NCBI GenBank assembly: GCA_951406725.2
Contig: OX597820.1
Span: forward strand, 37,882,001 to 37,946,000
Origin: Octopus vulgaris
Lineage: Eukaryota
Direction of reading: 5' to 3'
Length of the DNA stretch: 64,000 nt
Position numbers and translations under genes: made by a program. Below, piece after piece: positions 1-12,117 of this stretch (position 1 is the stretch's first letter; every line of letters starts with the position of its first letter). The notes below the pieces were generated by a model. The model ran no database searches. It worked only from the letters and a program-made list of their open reading frames with translations, and was not told the DNA's origin.

Positions 1-530
1 TGCCACTTGATAATATTTTTACATTTGATTTCCTATTCTAATAATTTTTATGATATTTTGGTCTAATTATTTCTTTGTACAATAGTGCTCACTTACTTAG
101 TAAATTTGCCTTCATTATTTTATCAGTCATAGACTCTCTTTTTTAAACAAACTTCATGGTAGTCCAACAACGGAGGGAGTAGCATTTTGTCAAGTTTTAA
201 CTTCCCTCCAAAAGCAAAAGAGATTTCAATTCAGCAGCCCATCTGTAAGGTTTGCAGTAGATGTGTGAGAAAGAGAAAGGGAGCAGAGAGAACATTGCAA
301 ACGATAAATGAAGTAAACATGAAATGAAAATATAGCATAAATAAAAGGGCGCTACAACAGATGTATACACCCCCGACTTAGTTGCCTCATAACATGGATA
401 CGTTTTAACAAAATTTTCTACAAATACCGCTTTGATGTTGTGGCTTCATAGTATATGGAGATTTATGGGGAAGAATTCTTCCGAGGGGGTGGAGAGAGGA
501 GTTTCAGAAAATCCACACTATCCAAATTTT

Positions 531-545
531 TCCCCAGACACAACA

Positions 546-599
<54 letters not shown>

Positions 600-648
600 T
601 GTTGTGTCTGGGGAGAATCATTTTCTTTTTGTGCCCCAGACACAACAG
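531..648. repeat. 17-bp inverted repeats flanking a (TA)n tract, plus a third copy
   Basis: tccccagacacaacagt 531-547, (TA)n, actgttgtgtctgggga 598-614, ccccagacacaacag 634-648. Confidence 0.8.
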
Positions 649-724
649 AATATGCTTCAACACATGAACTCACATAAAGAATCTTGCAAACCAAATCCAA
701 AAACGAAATATATATACATATATC

Positions 725-1121
725 TCATTTACTCATTTACTTGTTTCAGTCATTTGACTGTGGCCATGCTGGAGCACCGCCTTTAGTCGAGAAAATCGAC
801 CCCAGGACTTATTCTTTGTAAGCCTAGTACTTATTCTATCGGTCTCTTTTGCCGAACCGCTAAGCGACGGGGACGTAAACACACCACCATCGCTTGTCAA
901 GCGATGTTGGGTGGATAAACACAACACACAAACATACACATACATATATATATATATACGACGGGCTTCTTTCAGCTTCTGTCTACCAAATCCACTCACA
1001 AGGCCTTGGTCGGCCCGAGGCTATAGTAGAAGACACTTGCCCAAGGTGCCACGCAGTGGGACTGAACCCGGAACCATGTGGTTGGTAAGCAAGCTACTTA
1101 CCACGCAGCCACTCCTACGCC
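725..1121 (-). mobile_element. tRNA-derived SINE, family A (CORE-like domain, internal (TA)n/(TG)n)
   Basis: Minus strand starts ggcgtaggagtggctgcgtggtaag (A box), ggttcagtccc (B box), then caccttgggcaagtgtctt; tail ctccagcatggcc...tgactgaaacaag; many near-identical copies in the window. Confidence 0.9.
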
Positions 1122-1145
1122 AATAGCCACACGCACACATATATA

Positions 1146-1194
<49 letters not shown>

Positions 1195-1220
<26 letters not shown>

Positions 1221-1393
1221 GTACTTGTTTCAGTCATTTGACTGCGGCCATGCTGGAGCACCGCCTTTAGAGTGGTGAAAGAGTACAGCAGGGATCACCA
1301 CCATCCCCTGCCGGAGCCTCGTGGAGCTTTTAGGTGTTTTCGCTCAATAAACACACACAACGCCCGGTCTGGGAATCGAAACCGCGATCCTCG
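1195..1393 (-). mobile_element. Chimeric SINE: family C head region joined to a family A 3' tail, with poly(A)
   Basis: Minus strand ggtttcgattcccagaccgggc (same as the head at 50893-50985), followed by aaaggcggtgctccagcatggccgcagtcaaatgactgaaacaag and an A tract. Confidence 0.7.
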
Positions 1394-1936
1394 ATATATA
1401 TATATATATATACCAATACACACACATTCATTTATTCGAATTAGAATTTTGACTCCGTTACTCTCCGAGACGCCTGTTGATATCACGTCGCTAAAGGCAA
1501 CTGATGGAATATTGTTATTTCCGACACCACCAGAATTTCAATCATATGCTATTAGTTAGTTTGTCAGGACAGTCATTCTTGCTGATGGCTGAATGGCATG
1601 TAAGATTAGTGTCAGGTGGCTTCTGATAACGTAGATTTATGACTCGCACGTTGTCATCAGAAAGATTTGGTGCAACGTACGTCTGTCAAAGAATTATACT
1701 GCAGACACCCAATAGGCAATAGTTAATGATGTTCTGTGTAGACTAACTATCGGGACATCTACGGCTTTCCATTGGTGGGTTAAATTTTGTTCGCGTGTTG
1801 ATTGTAGAGGTGATTACAGAGTTGGCAGGCAACCTGGACTTAATCAGAGTGCGTGCGTGTGTGCACACAACAAACATCACACAGAAGCGCACAGAAACAT
1901 CACACAGACACATCACACAGAAACACACACACATGC

Positions 1937-1986
<50 letters not shown>

Positions 1987-2212
1987 CACAGTCACCTAAA
2001 CACATGATTTCGAGTATTCACAAACGTGAAATGACTGATCACTGTCAGCTAGTGAACCATTCAATTTCACCAGCAAAAAATGTATGTATGTATGTATGTA
2101 TGTATGTATGTATGTATGTATGTATGTATGTATGTATGTATGTATGTGTGAGTATGTATGCTTGTATGTATGTATGCATGTATGTATCTATCTAAACATG
2201 CATACACATACA

Positions 2213-2249
<37 letters not shown>

Positions 2250-2510
2250 TCGTTTAGTGTTGTATTTGGAGTAACTGAGGCTCTTATTTCTGTCTGTGTT
2301 TTTATATTTGTCCGTAATTGAGTGGGAATATAATGTCTTTTAGAATCGCGCTGTAGCTGAATAAACCGTAGGAGGAAAGATGGTTGTCCAGTGCATCTGA
2401 GGCTGTTCAAAGGAAGAGGAATTATCCTTCGACTGGAGACGTGGAAACAATCCTTGCAACAGTGTGAAATCGGTTAAAAATATACAGACCAAGTGTTGTT
2501 GTTAAACAAA

Positions 2511-2660
2511 AGCACATGAGTGGCTGTGTGGTAAGTAGCTTGCTTACCAACCACATTGTTCCGTGGCAGTCCCACTGCGTGGCACTTTGGAGAAGTGTCT
2601 TCTACTATAACCTCAGGTCGACCAAAGCCTTGGTAGACGGAAACTGAAAGAAGCCCGTCG

Positions 2661-2740
<80 letters not shown>

Positions 2741-2974
2741 CGTGTATGTGTGTGTGTGCTTGTGTGTCTGTGTTTGTCCCCCCCAACATCGCTTGACAAC
2801 CGATAGTGGTGTGTTTACCTCCCCGTAACGTAGCGGTTCGGTAAAATAGTACGATAGAATAAGTACTAGGCTTACAGAGAATAAGTCCTGGGGTCGATTT
2901 GCTCGACTAAAGTTGGTGCTCCAGCATGGCTGCAGTCAAATGACTGAAACAAGTAAAAGAGTAAAAGAGTAAAG
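2511..2974 (+). mobile_element. SINE family A, near full length
   Basis: gagtggctgtgtggtaagtagcttgc head, internal (TA)n(TG)n, tail tgactgaaacaag(taaaagag)n. Confidence 0.9.
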
Positions 2975-3542
2975 GTTAATTCAAAAACAACATATTAAAA
3001 ACGACCCACCGGTATGCTTCAACGCAATTCCACTCTATTAAGGATTTTTCCTGGGATGGAAACCCAAACACTTTCTTACAAAGTGTAATTCTTAATTGTA
3101 CAGCCATGTTAGCACGTATATTTTGTTGCTGATAGCTGGCACACGGATGTAGTATTGGTACAACCTGAACCAGTGTTAATGCGTACCGCTCTGTATTGTG
3201 TTCTTTATGGTATTCAATATGGTTTGGATCAGAAGATCGGGACTCTAGACTTCGTTGATATAATCCATCATAAGTTAAATGCATTGTTTGCTATATATAT
3301 AATCAACACAAAACCTATAATTATCTTTAAAAAAGTTATCAACGCAAATCCTTTAATTATCTACAAAAAATTATAAACTGCATAATATCTATATTATACT
3401 TAATATAAAATGAGTAAATAATAGTTTTAATTTGTTGTTAAAAAAAAACCCAACAATTATTTACGGGTAGATTTCGGCATGTAAATATAACCATTAACGG
3501 TAGGAACTTTTATAAAAAAAAAGTTCAATATATATTTTTGTA

Positions 3543-3776
3543 TATAGATAAAAGGGGCGGGCAACAGGTTGCTTAGCCACATACCGAAAAATTAGAAATA
3601 GCAGTCAAAGACTGTTTATTTCTATTTTCTACAAATGAGACTCCACATACGACATATCCCTGTAATTCACACGTGGAGTCTCATTTGTAGAAAATAGAAA
3701 TAAACAGTCTTTGACTGCTATTTCTAATTTTTCGGTATGTGGCTAATCAACCTGTTGCCTGCCCCTTTTATTTATA
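3543..3776. repeat. Fold-back inverted repeat with about 100-bp arms
   Basis: aaaggggcgggcaacaggttg...gagactccac mirrored by gtggagtctc...caacctgttgcctgccccttt around a loop of about 25 nt. Confidence 0.9.
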
Positions 3777-3894
3777 TTATACTTAATATATCTACTTCGT
3801 AATGAATATAATCAATGTAAGCGTTAATTTTTAAATTAAAGTCTGTATTAAACATTGTCATTATAGATTAAATTAGGATAACCTTGCTTTTTGC

Positions 3895-4105
3895 TGTCGA
3901 AATTGCAGCTTTTCTGAGATTCTCTGCTGTCTTTAGTAACGAGGCTTTCTGTATAAGGTCTTCATCATGTTATTCTTTCCTTCACTTTCATTGTTTTCCC
4001 CGTATCGTTGAGATTTTTTTTATTAGCGAAATGGCAATTATTAGAACTCTATGACTCTGACTTATAACTCTTCTGTTTTATGAGTTTCAATTTTCTTACC
4101 TGTTT
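3895..4105 (-). pseudogene. Decayed 3' end of a Dong/R4-type LINE ORF
   Basis: Minus-strand translation DLIQKASLLKTAENLRKA resembles the C-terminus IQKIVLMGTAHILHK of the copy at 12840-14603. Confidence 0.5.
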
Positions 4106-4452
4106 TTTAATGCCTATTTGATTTGAAGTAGCGAAGATATTGATATATATTTATATATTTTTTTTTTGAGCAACTGAATTTTAGTCAGTCAGTTGATGGG
4201 CCCCACTATATCAAATGTTCTTAAAATTTAAATCCACATCTTTGTCTATATATCTACCTTCTCTATAATGTTACCACTTGATATGAAAATTATGTATTAA
4301 TGGAAAACCTCTATCAATGGTTGATGAGTGCTCAGCATTTTAAAACTGTTATAATACTTACAACATTTAATAAAATGATGTAGTGCGAAACGATCGTACC
4401 AAATTACCGGAGTTATTCTTGTTGCTTATTTTGATTATATATATATATAATG

Positions 4453-4629
4453 TAAAACACTTTGATTCGGTTCTGTGCTACTTCAAGTTTCGCAGGCCCC
4501 TAACGGGAGCTTTTGGAATGCTAAATCCAGCATATACGCTTCGCATTCCAGAATCCTGAAAGAATCGGCAGGCTCCCGTTAGGGGCCTGCGAAACTCGAA
4601 GTAGCACGGAACCGAATCAAACTGTTTTA
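4453..4629. repeat. Inverted repeat with a partial hammerhead-like motif (possible PLE pseudo-LTR)
   Basis: Arms 4453-4511 and 4571-4629; right arm has a GCAGGCUCC/GGGGCCUGC stem followed by GAAACUCGAAGUA; CUGAAAGA lies 4 nt out of register. Confidence 0.7.
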
Positions 4630-5026
4630 AATAATGCATGTTATTCGTACATAATCTGTTGAGTGCCATTTTCCTTCGTTTGCGCGCGTGTGCACAATGT
4701 GCACATTTATGTATGTATATTGGTATGTATGTAACTATTTGCGTATTTGTTTGTCATTCTCCCTGTCAATTTGTTGAAATTAGTTCCGACCACTCCGCTC
4801 CATTTTTTCTTTTATACATTCTTCCCTCTCTGACATGTGCCCCGTGATATATTCGTTCGAAAGGCTATAAAGACTAAAATCATAATGATGTGTGATGTAA
4901 GAGAGAAAGATGCAGATGATGAGTGATTGAGAGAAACGAAAAATAAACTGCACGAAAACTTAGATGTATCAATAAAAGTCCATGTGAGAAGACAGAAAAA
5001 TAAAGAAGGTGAAAGAGATACGGAAA

Positions 5027-5078
<52 letters not shown>

Positions 5079-5123
5079 TTCAAAGTAAACAAAGAAGGAG
5101 ATGGCAAAAGGGAAAAAGAAAGC

Positions 5124-5162
<39 letters not shown>

Positions 5163-5749
5163 AAAGAAAATGATATATATCATAAGAGAGAGAGAGAGAG
5201 TGAGTGAGAGAGAGGGAGAGAGAACAGAGAGAGAAAGGAAGAAAGAGAGAGAAAGAGAGTAAGAGTGAATGAAAAAGAAAAATAAGTTAAGATACATTAA
5301 GCCATAAATAAATAATATGAAATAAAAACAAAAATAATGGTGAGGAAAACAATAATAATAATAAAAATAAAAAAAAAATTTAGGAATTTCAGAACGATGC
5401 ATTTATACAAGAGGAAGGACTATACAAAGAACCTAATAAGTTTCTTCTATAGAGAATACTCCTGGTTTTTCTTTCGATCATTTGTATTGTAAAAATCATC
5501 TTTATCTCAGGATGAATATGCCCGTATTTTTTTTTATGCTTTGGATAATGAAAAGAATTATTTGAAACTTGCATATTCCTGATACAAATATTATTCCTCA
5601 CAATACCGAAAATGTTTTAATATTTCCATCATTTTGTTGTTTAATTTTCTATTCTGTGCTTTGAGACAACGTCAGACTCAGGCATAATGAATAATTTATA
5701 CCATTTATATCCATACTGAATTTACCTGTTTATTTATTTGACAATTTCA

Positions 5750-5887
5750 TATATATATATTACGTGTGTATACATGCATTCTCTGTGCATATACATATAT
5801 GTATGTAAGTATGTATGCATGTATGCATGTATGTATATATGTAAAATTCATATATGCATGTATATAATATTCCTGCATTCATGTATA

Positions 5888-5930
<43 letters not shown>

Positions 5931-5953
5931 ATATATATATTATACAATTATAT

Positions 5954-5987
<34 letters not shown>

Positions 5988-6171
5988 TATGCACATGCAC
6001 CAGCACATATATACATATATAAATGCATGCATACATACATGTATATATATATGTATATATACACACATATGTATGTGTGAAAGCAAGTGCGTGTATGTAT
6101 ACACATCACGCCAGTGTCCCACCTCGTAACATACACCACAGCGCATCTCATGCAGAAACGCATTAATATAT

Positions 6172-6217
<46 letters not shown>

Positions 6218-6350
6218 GCGTAGGTGTGCACATACGTACAGACACACACATCTATAAACACCCATATGCATGTGTGTGTATGTGAACATGTATATATGAG
6301 TGTCTTTGTGTGAAATGTGGCATGATGAGTGTTGCGCAGGATGTGTGGTT
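5750..6350. repeat. Compound (TA)n/(TATG)n/(CA)n microsatellite region
   Basis: Direct inspection; source of spurious Y/I/C-rich ORFs. Confidence 0.9.
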
Positions 6351-6954
6351 TGTATGTCGTTGCCAATAGTTTTGTATATTTTGATAAAACTTCCTCTCAT
6401 ATCATAAAGATTTTAAAGAAATGAATTTCTCTGAATAGAAAATTTTTTATCCTCTATTATGTTCGTACATAACAAATTTCTGATAGTGTACATTTGCAAT
6501 AACTTCTACCTCGCAAACATCTTTAGAAAACATTCGTTTCTATATCCACAAGAAATACTACACGAATCATTTGAATATCATACACTATTTTCACAGTTAG
6601 CGAACAATAAAAGGTTTTGAACTGGGAGCCAATCTATCAATCACTACAGAATAAATGGAAGTGTGCGCCTAATCTTAAAATTTTAATGATTGTAGGCAAC
6701 AAGCAGAGTAATGTGGTTATGTGCGGCAAACATGTCCACAGGCTAGTGGCGCAATAAAAAGGGTAACGGAATATAAGCATTACAACCAGGGACTTTAGTA
6801 TTAAAGTCAATCCTCGGTTTGTCATTACTTTTGAAGTACAGTACGTGCAGGAGGTGAGATGGGTTTGGAGAGAGCTCAAAATCTCTCGTGGAAGCGTCAT
6901 CCAACCAAAGTACAAATATATGTGAAACTACCACCGGTATCATCTCTTGTGAGA

Positions 6955-7943
6955 AGAATTGGTGACGCGCATCCTCGATGATAGTGATGCTGTTGACATC
7001 GTTTTATTGGACTTTGCCAAAGCTTTTGACTCGGTAAACCACCGCCTATTACTTGTCAAGCTTCAAGCATATAGTTTCCATCCGGATATTGTACGATGGG
7101 TTGGTGCCTTCCTCTCAGATCGCTCCTTCCAAGTCCAAGTTAATGGTTCGCGGTCCGACGTCTCCAGTGCGAGCAGTGGCGTGCCTCAAGGTTCAGTGCT
7201 TGGGCCCTTGTTGTTCTTAGTCTTCATAAATGACTTGCCCGACGACCTCACGCAACATACCCTTCTATTTGCCGACGATATCAAACTGGTCGCTCCTCGC
7301 GGTAATATAGAGGATCTTCGTCGATGCCTCCACCAAATTTGGAAGTGGTCTAACGATTGGGACCTGTGTCTGAACGTGTCAAAGTGCTGTCATCTGCCTG
7401 TCGGCTCTACTCCTGCAACTCAACTTGATTTCGAGCCGGGTCGTCTGCTGCTGGAGAGGACCGATCAGGTAAAGGACCTAGGTATCTTGGTGGATTCCTC
7501 CTTTTCGCCTTCGGCCCAGTGCGTCCATGCTGCCAACAAAGCACGCGGAATTCTGTTCTTGATTCGACGGTCATTCGGAATGCTCACGGCAGCCATATTC
7601 CTACCACTCTATGTCGCCCACAACATCATAAGCGGAAAGTGTAACCTCTCGAAAGAGCTGTTCTTCACTCCTGCTCCAGAGCGTCGGCTGCGGGGTCATT
7701 CCGAAAAGCTCTACCTGCGACGATTTCATCTTAATCGAAGGAGAGGAGCTTTCTCCGTCCGGGTTGCGGATCCGTGGAACAAGCTGCCAGACGAGATGGT
7801 GAAGATGCCGACGACCGCTTTATTTCAAGTGGCCTGAACTCTTTACATGAACACCACCCTGTACTTAACTCCATGTCCCCCTACATAGCCTTGCTATTTG
7901 CTTTTGAGTCAAATTAATTAACTAACTAACTAACTAACTAACT
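6955..7943 (+). mobile_element. 5'-truncated CR1/L2-group LINE (RT ORF 6959-7837) with internal deletion and (TAAC)n tail
   Basis: Motifs LDFAKAFDSV, SGVPQGSVLGPLLFLVFIND, LFADD, KDLGI, RLRGH...FSVRVADPWNKLP; tail ctaactaactaac 7919-7943. Confidence 0.9.
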
Positions 7944-8200
7944 TGTGAAAGGTAGAAGAGTCCAGTTTGCTGGACATTGTTGTAGAGCAGAAAACGACTT
8001 AATTTCTACTCTTCTCCTCTGGAAGCCATCTGCTTGTGATACCAGAGGGCGCACACTCTCCTACCCTGATGTAATATTCAGGGATACAGGCATCCAGCAA
8101 CAGGACCTCCGTAATGCTATGATGGACCGTGAAGTCTGGCGTAACATAGTGAATTCCATTGTCTCGACCACGGTCGAACAATGATGATGATGATGATGAT
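7944..8200 (+). mobile_element. RTE-type LINE 3' terminal fragment with (GAT)n tail
   Basis: RRVQFAGHCCR...LLLW...RGR...MMDREVWR is typical of an RTE C-terminus; the stop codon runs into (tga)n. Confidence 0.8.
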
Positions 8201-8744
8201 GGGTTTAGTACTGACATTGAAATGCAAATTCTTACGATCTCTGAAGGTCAGAAAGCTCATTCATGCTGATCTGTAGTCTATCGTAGAAGCAGAAAAGACA
8301 GAAAATAGACTGTTGATGCAAGAAAGAAGGCTCAGTTGCCATGTATAGAGTTAAGTAACTTCTTACCCAAAAGAACTGAAAAAGCAGCAGCAGCGGAAGA
8401 GGAAGGAGAGAAGAAGTAGAGGAGGAGGAGAGAGAGTACAGCGACAAGTTGTAGGGTCAGTAGCAATAACAGAAAGGTCCTAAACAATTGTTTCCAGAGT
8501 ATCACTTGTCACGATTCTGAGAATAGCCAAATATCTTGTCTATCTATAGGATGCTCTGATCTCATCTACGCGGCGAGTTTTTACCTGTGTGTATCTTTGT
8601 ATGTATATGTATTTATGTATGCATGTATGTATGTATGTATGTATTTATGTATGTATTTATGTATGTATGTATGTATGTATGCATATGTGTGTGTGTCGTG
8701 TGGTTGTGTGGGGGTGGGGGGAGAGAGAGAAAGAGAGAGACTAC

Positions 8745-11310
8745 GGGAAAATATTCCGTGATTCCATTCCAGATTAGAATTTGTATTCTTAACAATTTCT
8801 GTTCTCTTCTCCACGCTCGTCACAAGATAACAGTTATCCCGGCCTCTGATTTGTGTCTGTTTGCTATATGCATTAGTTCCCTAATTGCCGAAAGCCCCTA
8901 TCTCACTATTCGTGAGAAACATAATTTCTCTGCAGGTAGATTTCGATCGGCGTATAAATGCTGTCATTATTTTTCTTGTTTTCCTGTCTGGCTATATCAC
9001 TTAGCATCCAGTCTGGAATATTAGCGCTATAAATTATTAGTGGATTAGCTAGAGTATTGATGCCTATTACCTCATTTGAGCATTAGCTCCGTTCCAAGTA
9101 TTAAACTAATGTATCTATAACACTTTTTTCTTTATATTATGTATGCTGTGCTCCGTCTAGTTCATTTATTCTTAATTTGTAATTCTGTGTTCCTTCTAAT
9201 TCTCTTAGTTTTTTTTTAAAGCATCGATTATGGTGTTACAGATTTTTATTAATTTTGTTTCCTTTAAAGTTAGCATGCCGTATATTTCTAAACCGTATTT
9301 CATATCACTTCTGCTAAATCCAGGTATTGTCTGTAAAAAATATTTCCAGTCTGGTTTAACATGGTTAGTTAAAGATGTTATCCTTAGGTAGGAAGGTAGG
9401 TAGGTAGGTAGAGAGAGAAAGAGAGAGAGAGAGAGTATTTCAAGAGCCCCTTGAGATATTTCTCTTCTACTACGGATAGGATGTTTCCATACATTTTTCT
9501 TTGCTTGCCTTTCTAGAATTGTTTAACATGTTTTTCATGAAATGTTTGATGTACCTGTTTTAACTGGGTCTACTTTAAACTTGGGTAATATTTCTGGAAT
9601 CCATGGGTAAGGAATAGAACACTATCAAATGCCTTTCGGTAGTCAATCCGTGCCTTGATCAAACGCATTTTCACATTGTACAATCTTCATTTAACAATTT
9701 GCCATAATTTATCTTTCCAAATGTATGAGATTTTGCAGCATTCATTCTGTTCTTCTGGAAGTGCGATATTTTTTGGTCAAGATGTTAATTCACTCACGCG
9801 ATATTACTGCAGTTAAGGCTTCTAAATCCTTTGCATGTCCATACATCATATATTATGCACATACCCAACTTTTTTAGACGTTTAGAACAAGTTTATAAAA
9901 TTGCTTTGGAAAAAGTTACGATGTTGGCGGAGAGGTTACGGTTGTTCTGTAGTTTTTTTTTTATTATTTGCTGTCTTGAGAATTAAAATGGATATTCCTG
10001 TCAGTCAGCCATTCAAATCTCGTTTTCGGCTATTTCAATGTTTCTTTAAATATTTCTGCCAGCACTCTTATGCGTACCTGTCAAACGTTTAAAGCAGAAA
10101 TTTATATCACTTTTTCATACACTCCAGTTATATTATGTAGAATTCGAGTTATTTTTCAAATAATATAGTTTCTCTCGATTGTTCTGGAGTATAATTTTCT
10201 GTAGTAATTTCTGTCAATAACTATTCCCCTTGATTTCTATTTTAATTTTCACTTTGTCTTTGATAAAATGATATGGAGTCAATCTGTTGTATAGTCAAAT
10301 AATAGTTGTTAATTTTCATAAAGACAGGTTTCGCTACTGGGGGACGCTCCCTTCTTTCAGATATGTTTTAGATATAAGGTAATTTTGTTTTCATTAGCAA
10401 TTTCATTAAGGACTAAACGATTTTAAATTTTATTTCTATCTTTTTCAGTATGGCTGTTTGCCGTGTTTATTAAGTTTGATATTCATGTGTGAGGAGAGAT
10501 GAGTGAAAACTCATATTCCATTGTGACTCCTGCTATTGTAGTGTAGTTCCAATGCTACAGATATTTTCCTTTGTTTTCATAAAGCCTGCGATCATCAGAT
10601 TTGAATTTTATATTGCTGTTGTTATGCTTTGGTCAAGCTATATTTTTTAAAAGAATCGTTTGTTGTTTCACAAAAAGTTATTCCAATTTCAAATTATTGT
10701 CATAATCAGAATTTCCATATTTAGTATTTTCTATTCTTAATCTTTCTTGTATTCGCATTTTATATACTTCCATGCGTTATTCGGAAATGGCTTTTGTTAG
10801 TATTCTGTAGGTTGTTAGAGCTTGATTGTGTCGTCTCGTTATTTATTCTGCTGTGATTTGTTACATATTTTGTTTTCTCCCGGTGCCATTTTAGCGACTT
10901 ACTTTCTTATTGTTTTACCTAAGATGTCTTTATTTTCGTTGTTTATGTTGCTCTTGTTTCTTTTCGTTGGTTGTCTGCATTTTCTCAATGTATTGTTTCT
11001 TTTAAGCATTATGTATCTCCACCTAACATCTTTGGTTTTGAGAATATATCTCCTTAATTTTGCCAATCTGTCGGCCTAAATATTCTTTTAGACTAGAGCT
11101 ATTTTCTTTGCAGATACTATCTGTGCAAGCTGCGCAGTAATTCGATTTTCTTTTGGATAAAGTGAAGTACAAAAGAGTATTTTTCTCGCATCCATTTATG
11201 GCTTTCCGGTTTTTGTGAGACATAAGCAGTATAGTCTGACCATATATCTCGATTAATCTCCTGATGAAAGGGTAACAACATGTTTGTTTTTGACGGTGAA
11301 GAGTTTTTCA
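8745..11310 (-). pseudogene. Old, heavily decayed Dong/R4-type LINE
   Basis: Minus strand ARIDYRKAFDSV near 9620-9655 and KTRKIMT near 8960-8985, collinear with the younger copies; many stops and frameshifts; ends approximate. Confidence 0.65.
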
Positions 11311-11654
11311 CACACCATATATATATATATATATATACGTTTAATCAATCCAAGTACGCATTCCCCTTTAAAGCTTGTGCCGAACGATGCAGTTTATATT
11401 TGTATTGTCTTTATTTGCGTGGGAGACTGAATCTATCTGATGGCTACTTGACTCTTACGCCATCAGTGTGTTCAGACGTGGTAGCAAATAGACCACTGGA
11501 ACTAAAATTTATAATACTTTACCTAAACTAAACAAAACAGTATTAAAACGTCACTATTAAATTAGTGTATTACGTAGGTATTCTTCAGCATTTCGGTAAT
11601 TTGTTTTCCATTTTCTCCGCTGTTATTTAATCGATGTTAATTGATTTCTTTCAG

Positions 11655-11828
11655 ATCAACGAAGCGGTATTGTAATTTTATTGCTTGTCTTGGTACTCAA
11701 ATTATCATAAAATTTATGAGAGGTGGCCGAGAACGGCGGCATTCATATGGCTAAAAGGATCTTTAAATATGTGGCTGTAGATTAGCGGGAAAAACCTGAG
11801 AGTATTCACTTAACTTTGGAGTGTCAAG
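11655..11828 (+). other. Candidate spliced exon (probably non-coding)
   Basis: Acceptor gatttctttcag|, donor aag|gtaatc, sequence unique within the window; splice signals are the only evidence. Confidence 0.25.
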
Positions 11829-12017
11829 GTAATCTGAGAGGGTTTCAGGGATTCCTCGATTCGCTCTATATAGTAGGCCCTTATTTTGAGGATCCTACAT
11901 GGAAGTTAATTTGTTGTTCCATATTGATTTTGATAATTATTATTATCTATTTATTAACTGAATCATTATTTTTATTGTAGATTTCGTCCATCCCGTACAA
12001 CTTCGGTGTTTGTGGGT

Positions 12018-12027
12018 AATAATAATG

Positions 12028-12093
<66 letters not shown>

Positions 12094-12117
12094 TTAATAA
12101 TAATAATAATGATAATA
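12018..12117. repeat. (TAA)n array, 5' flank of the Dong/R4 element
   Basis: Direct inspection. Confidence 0.95.
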
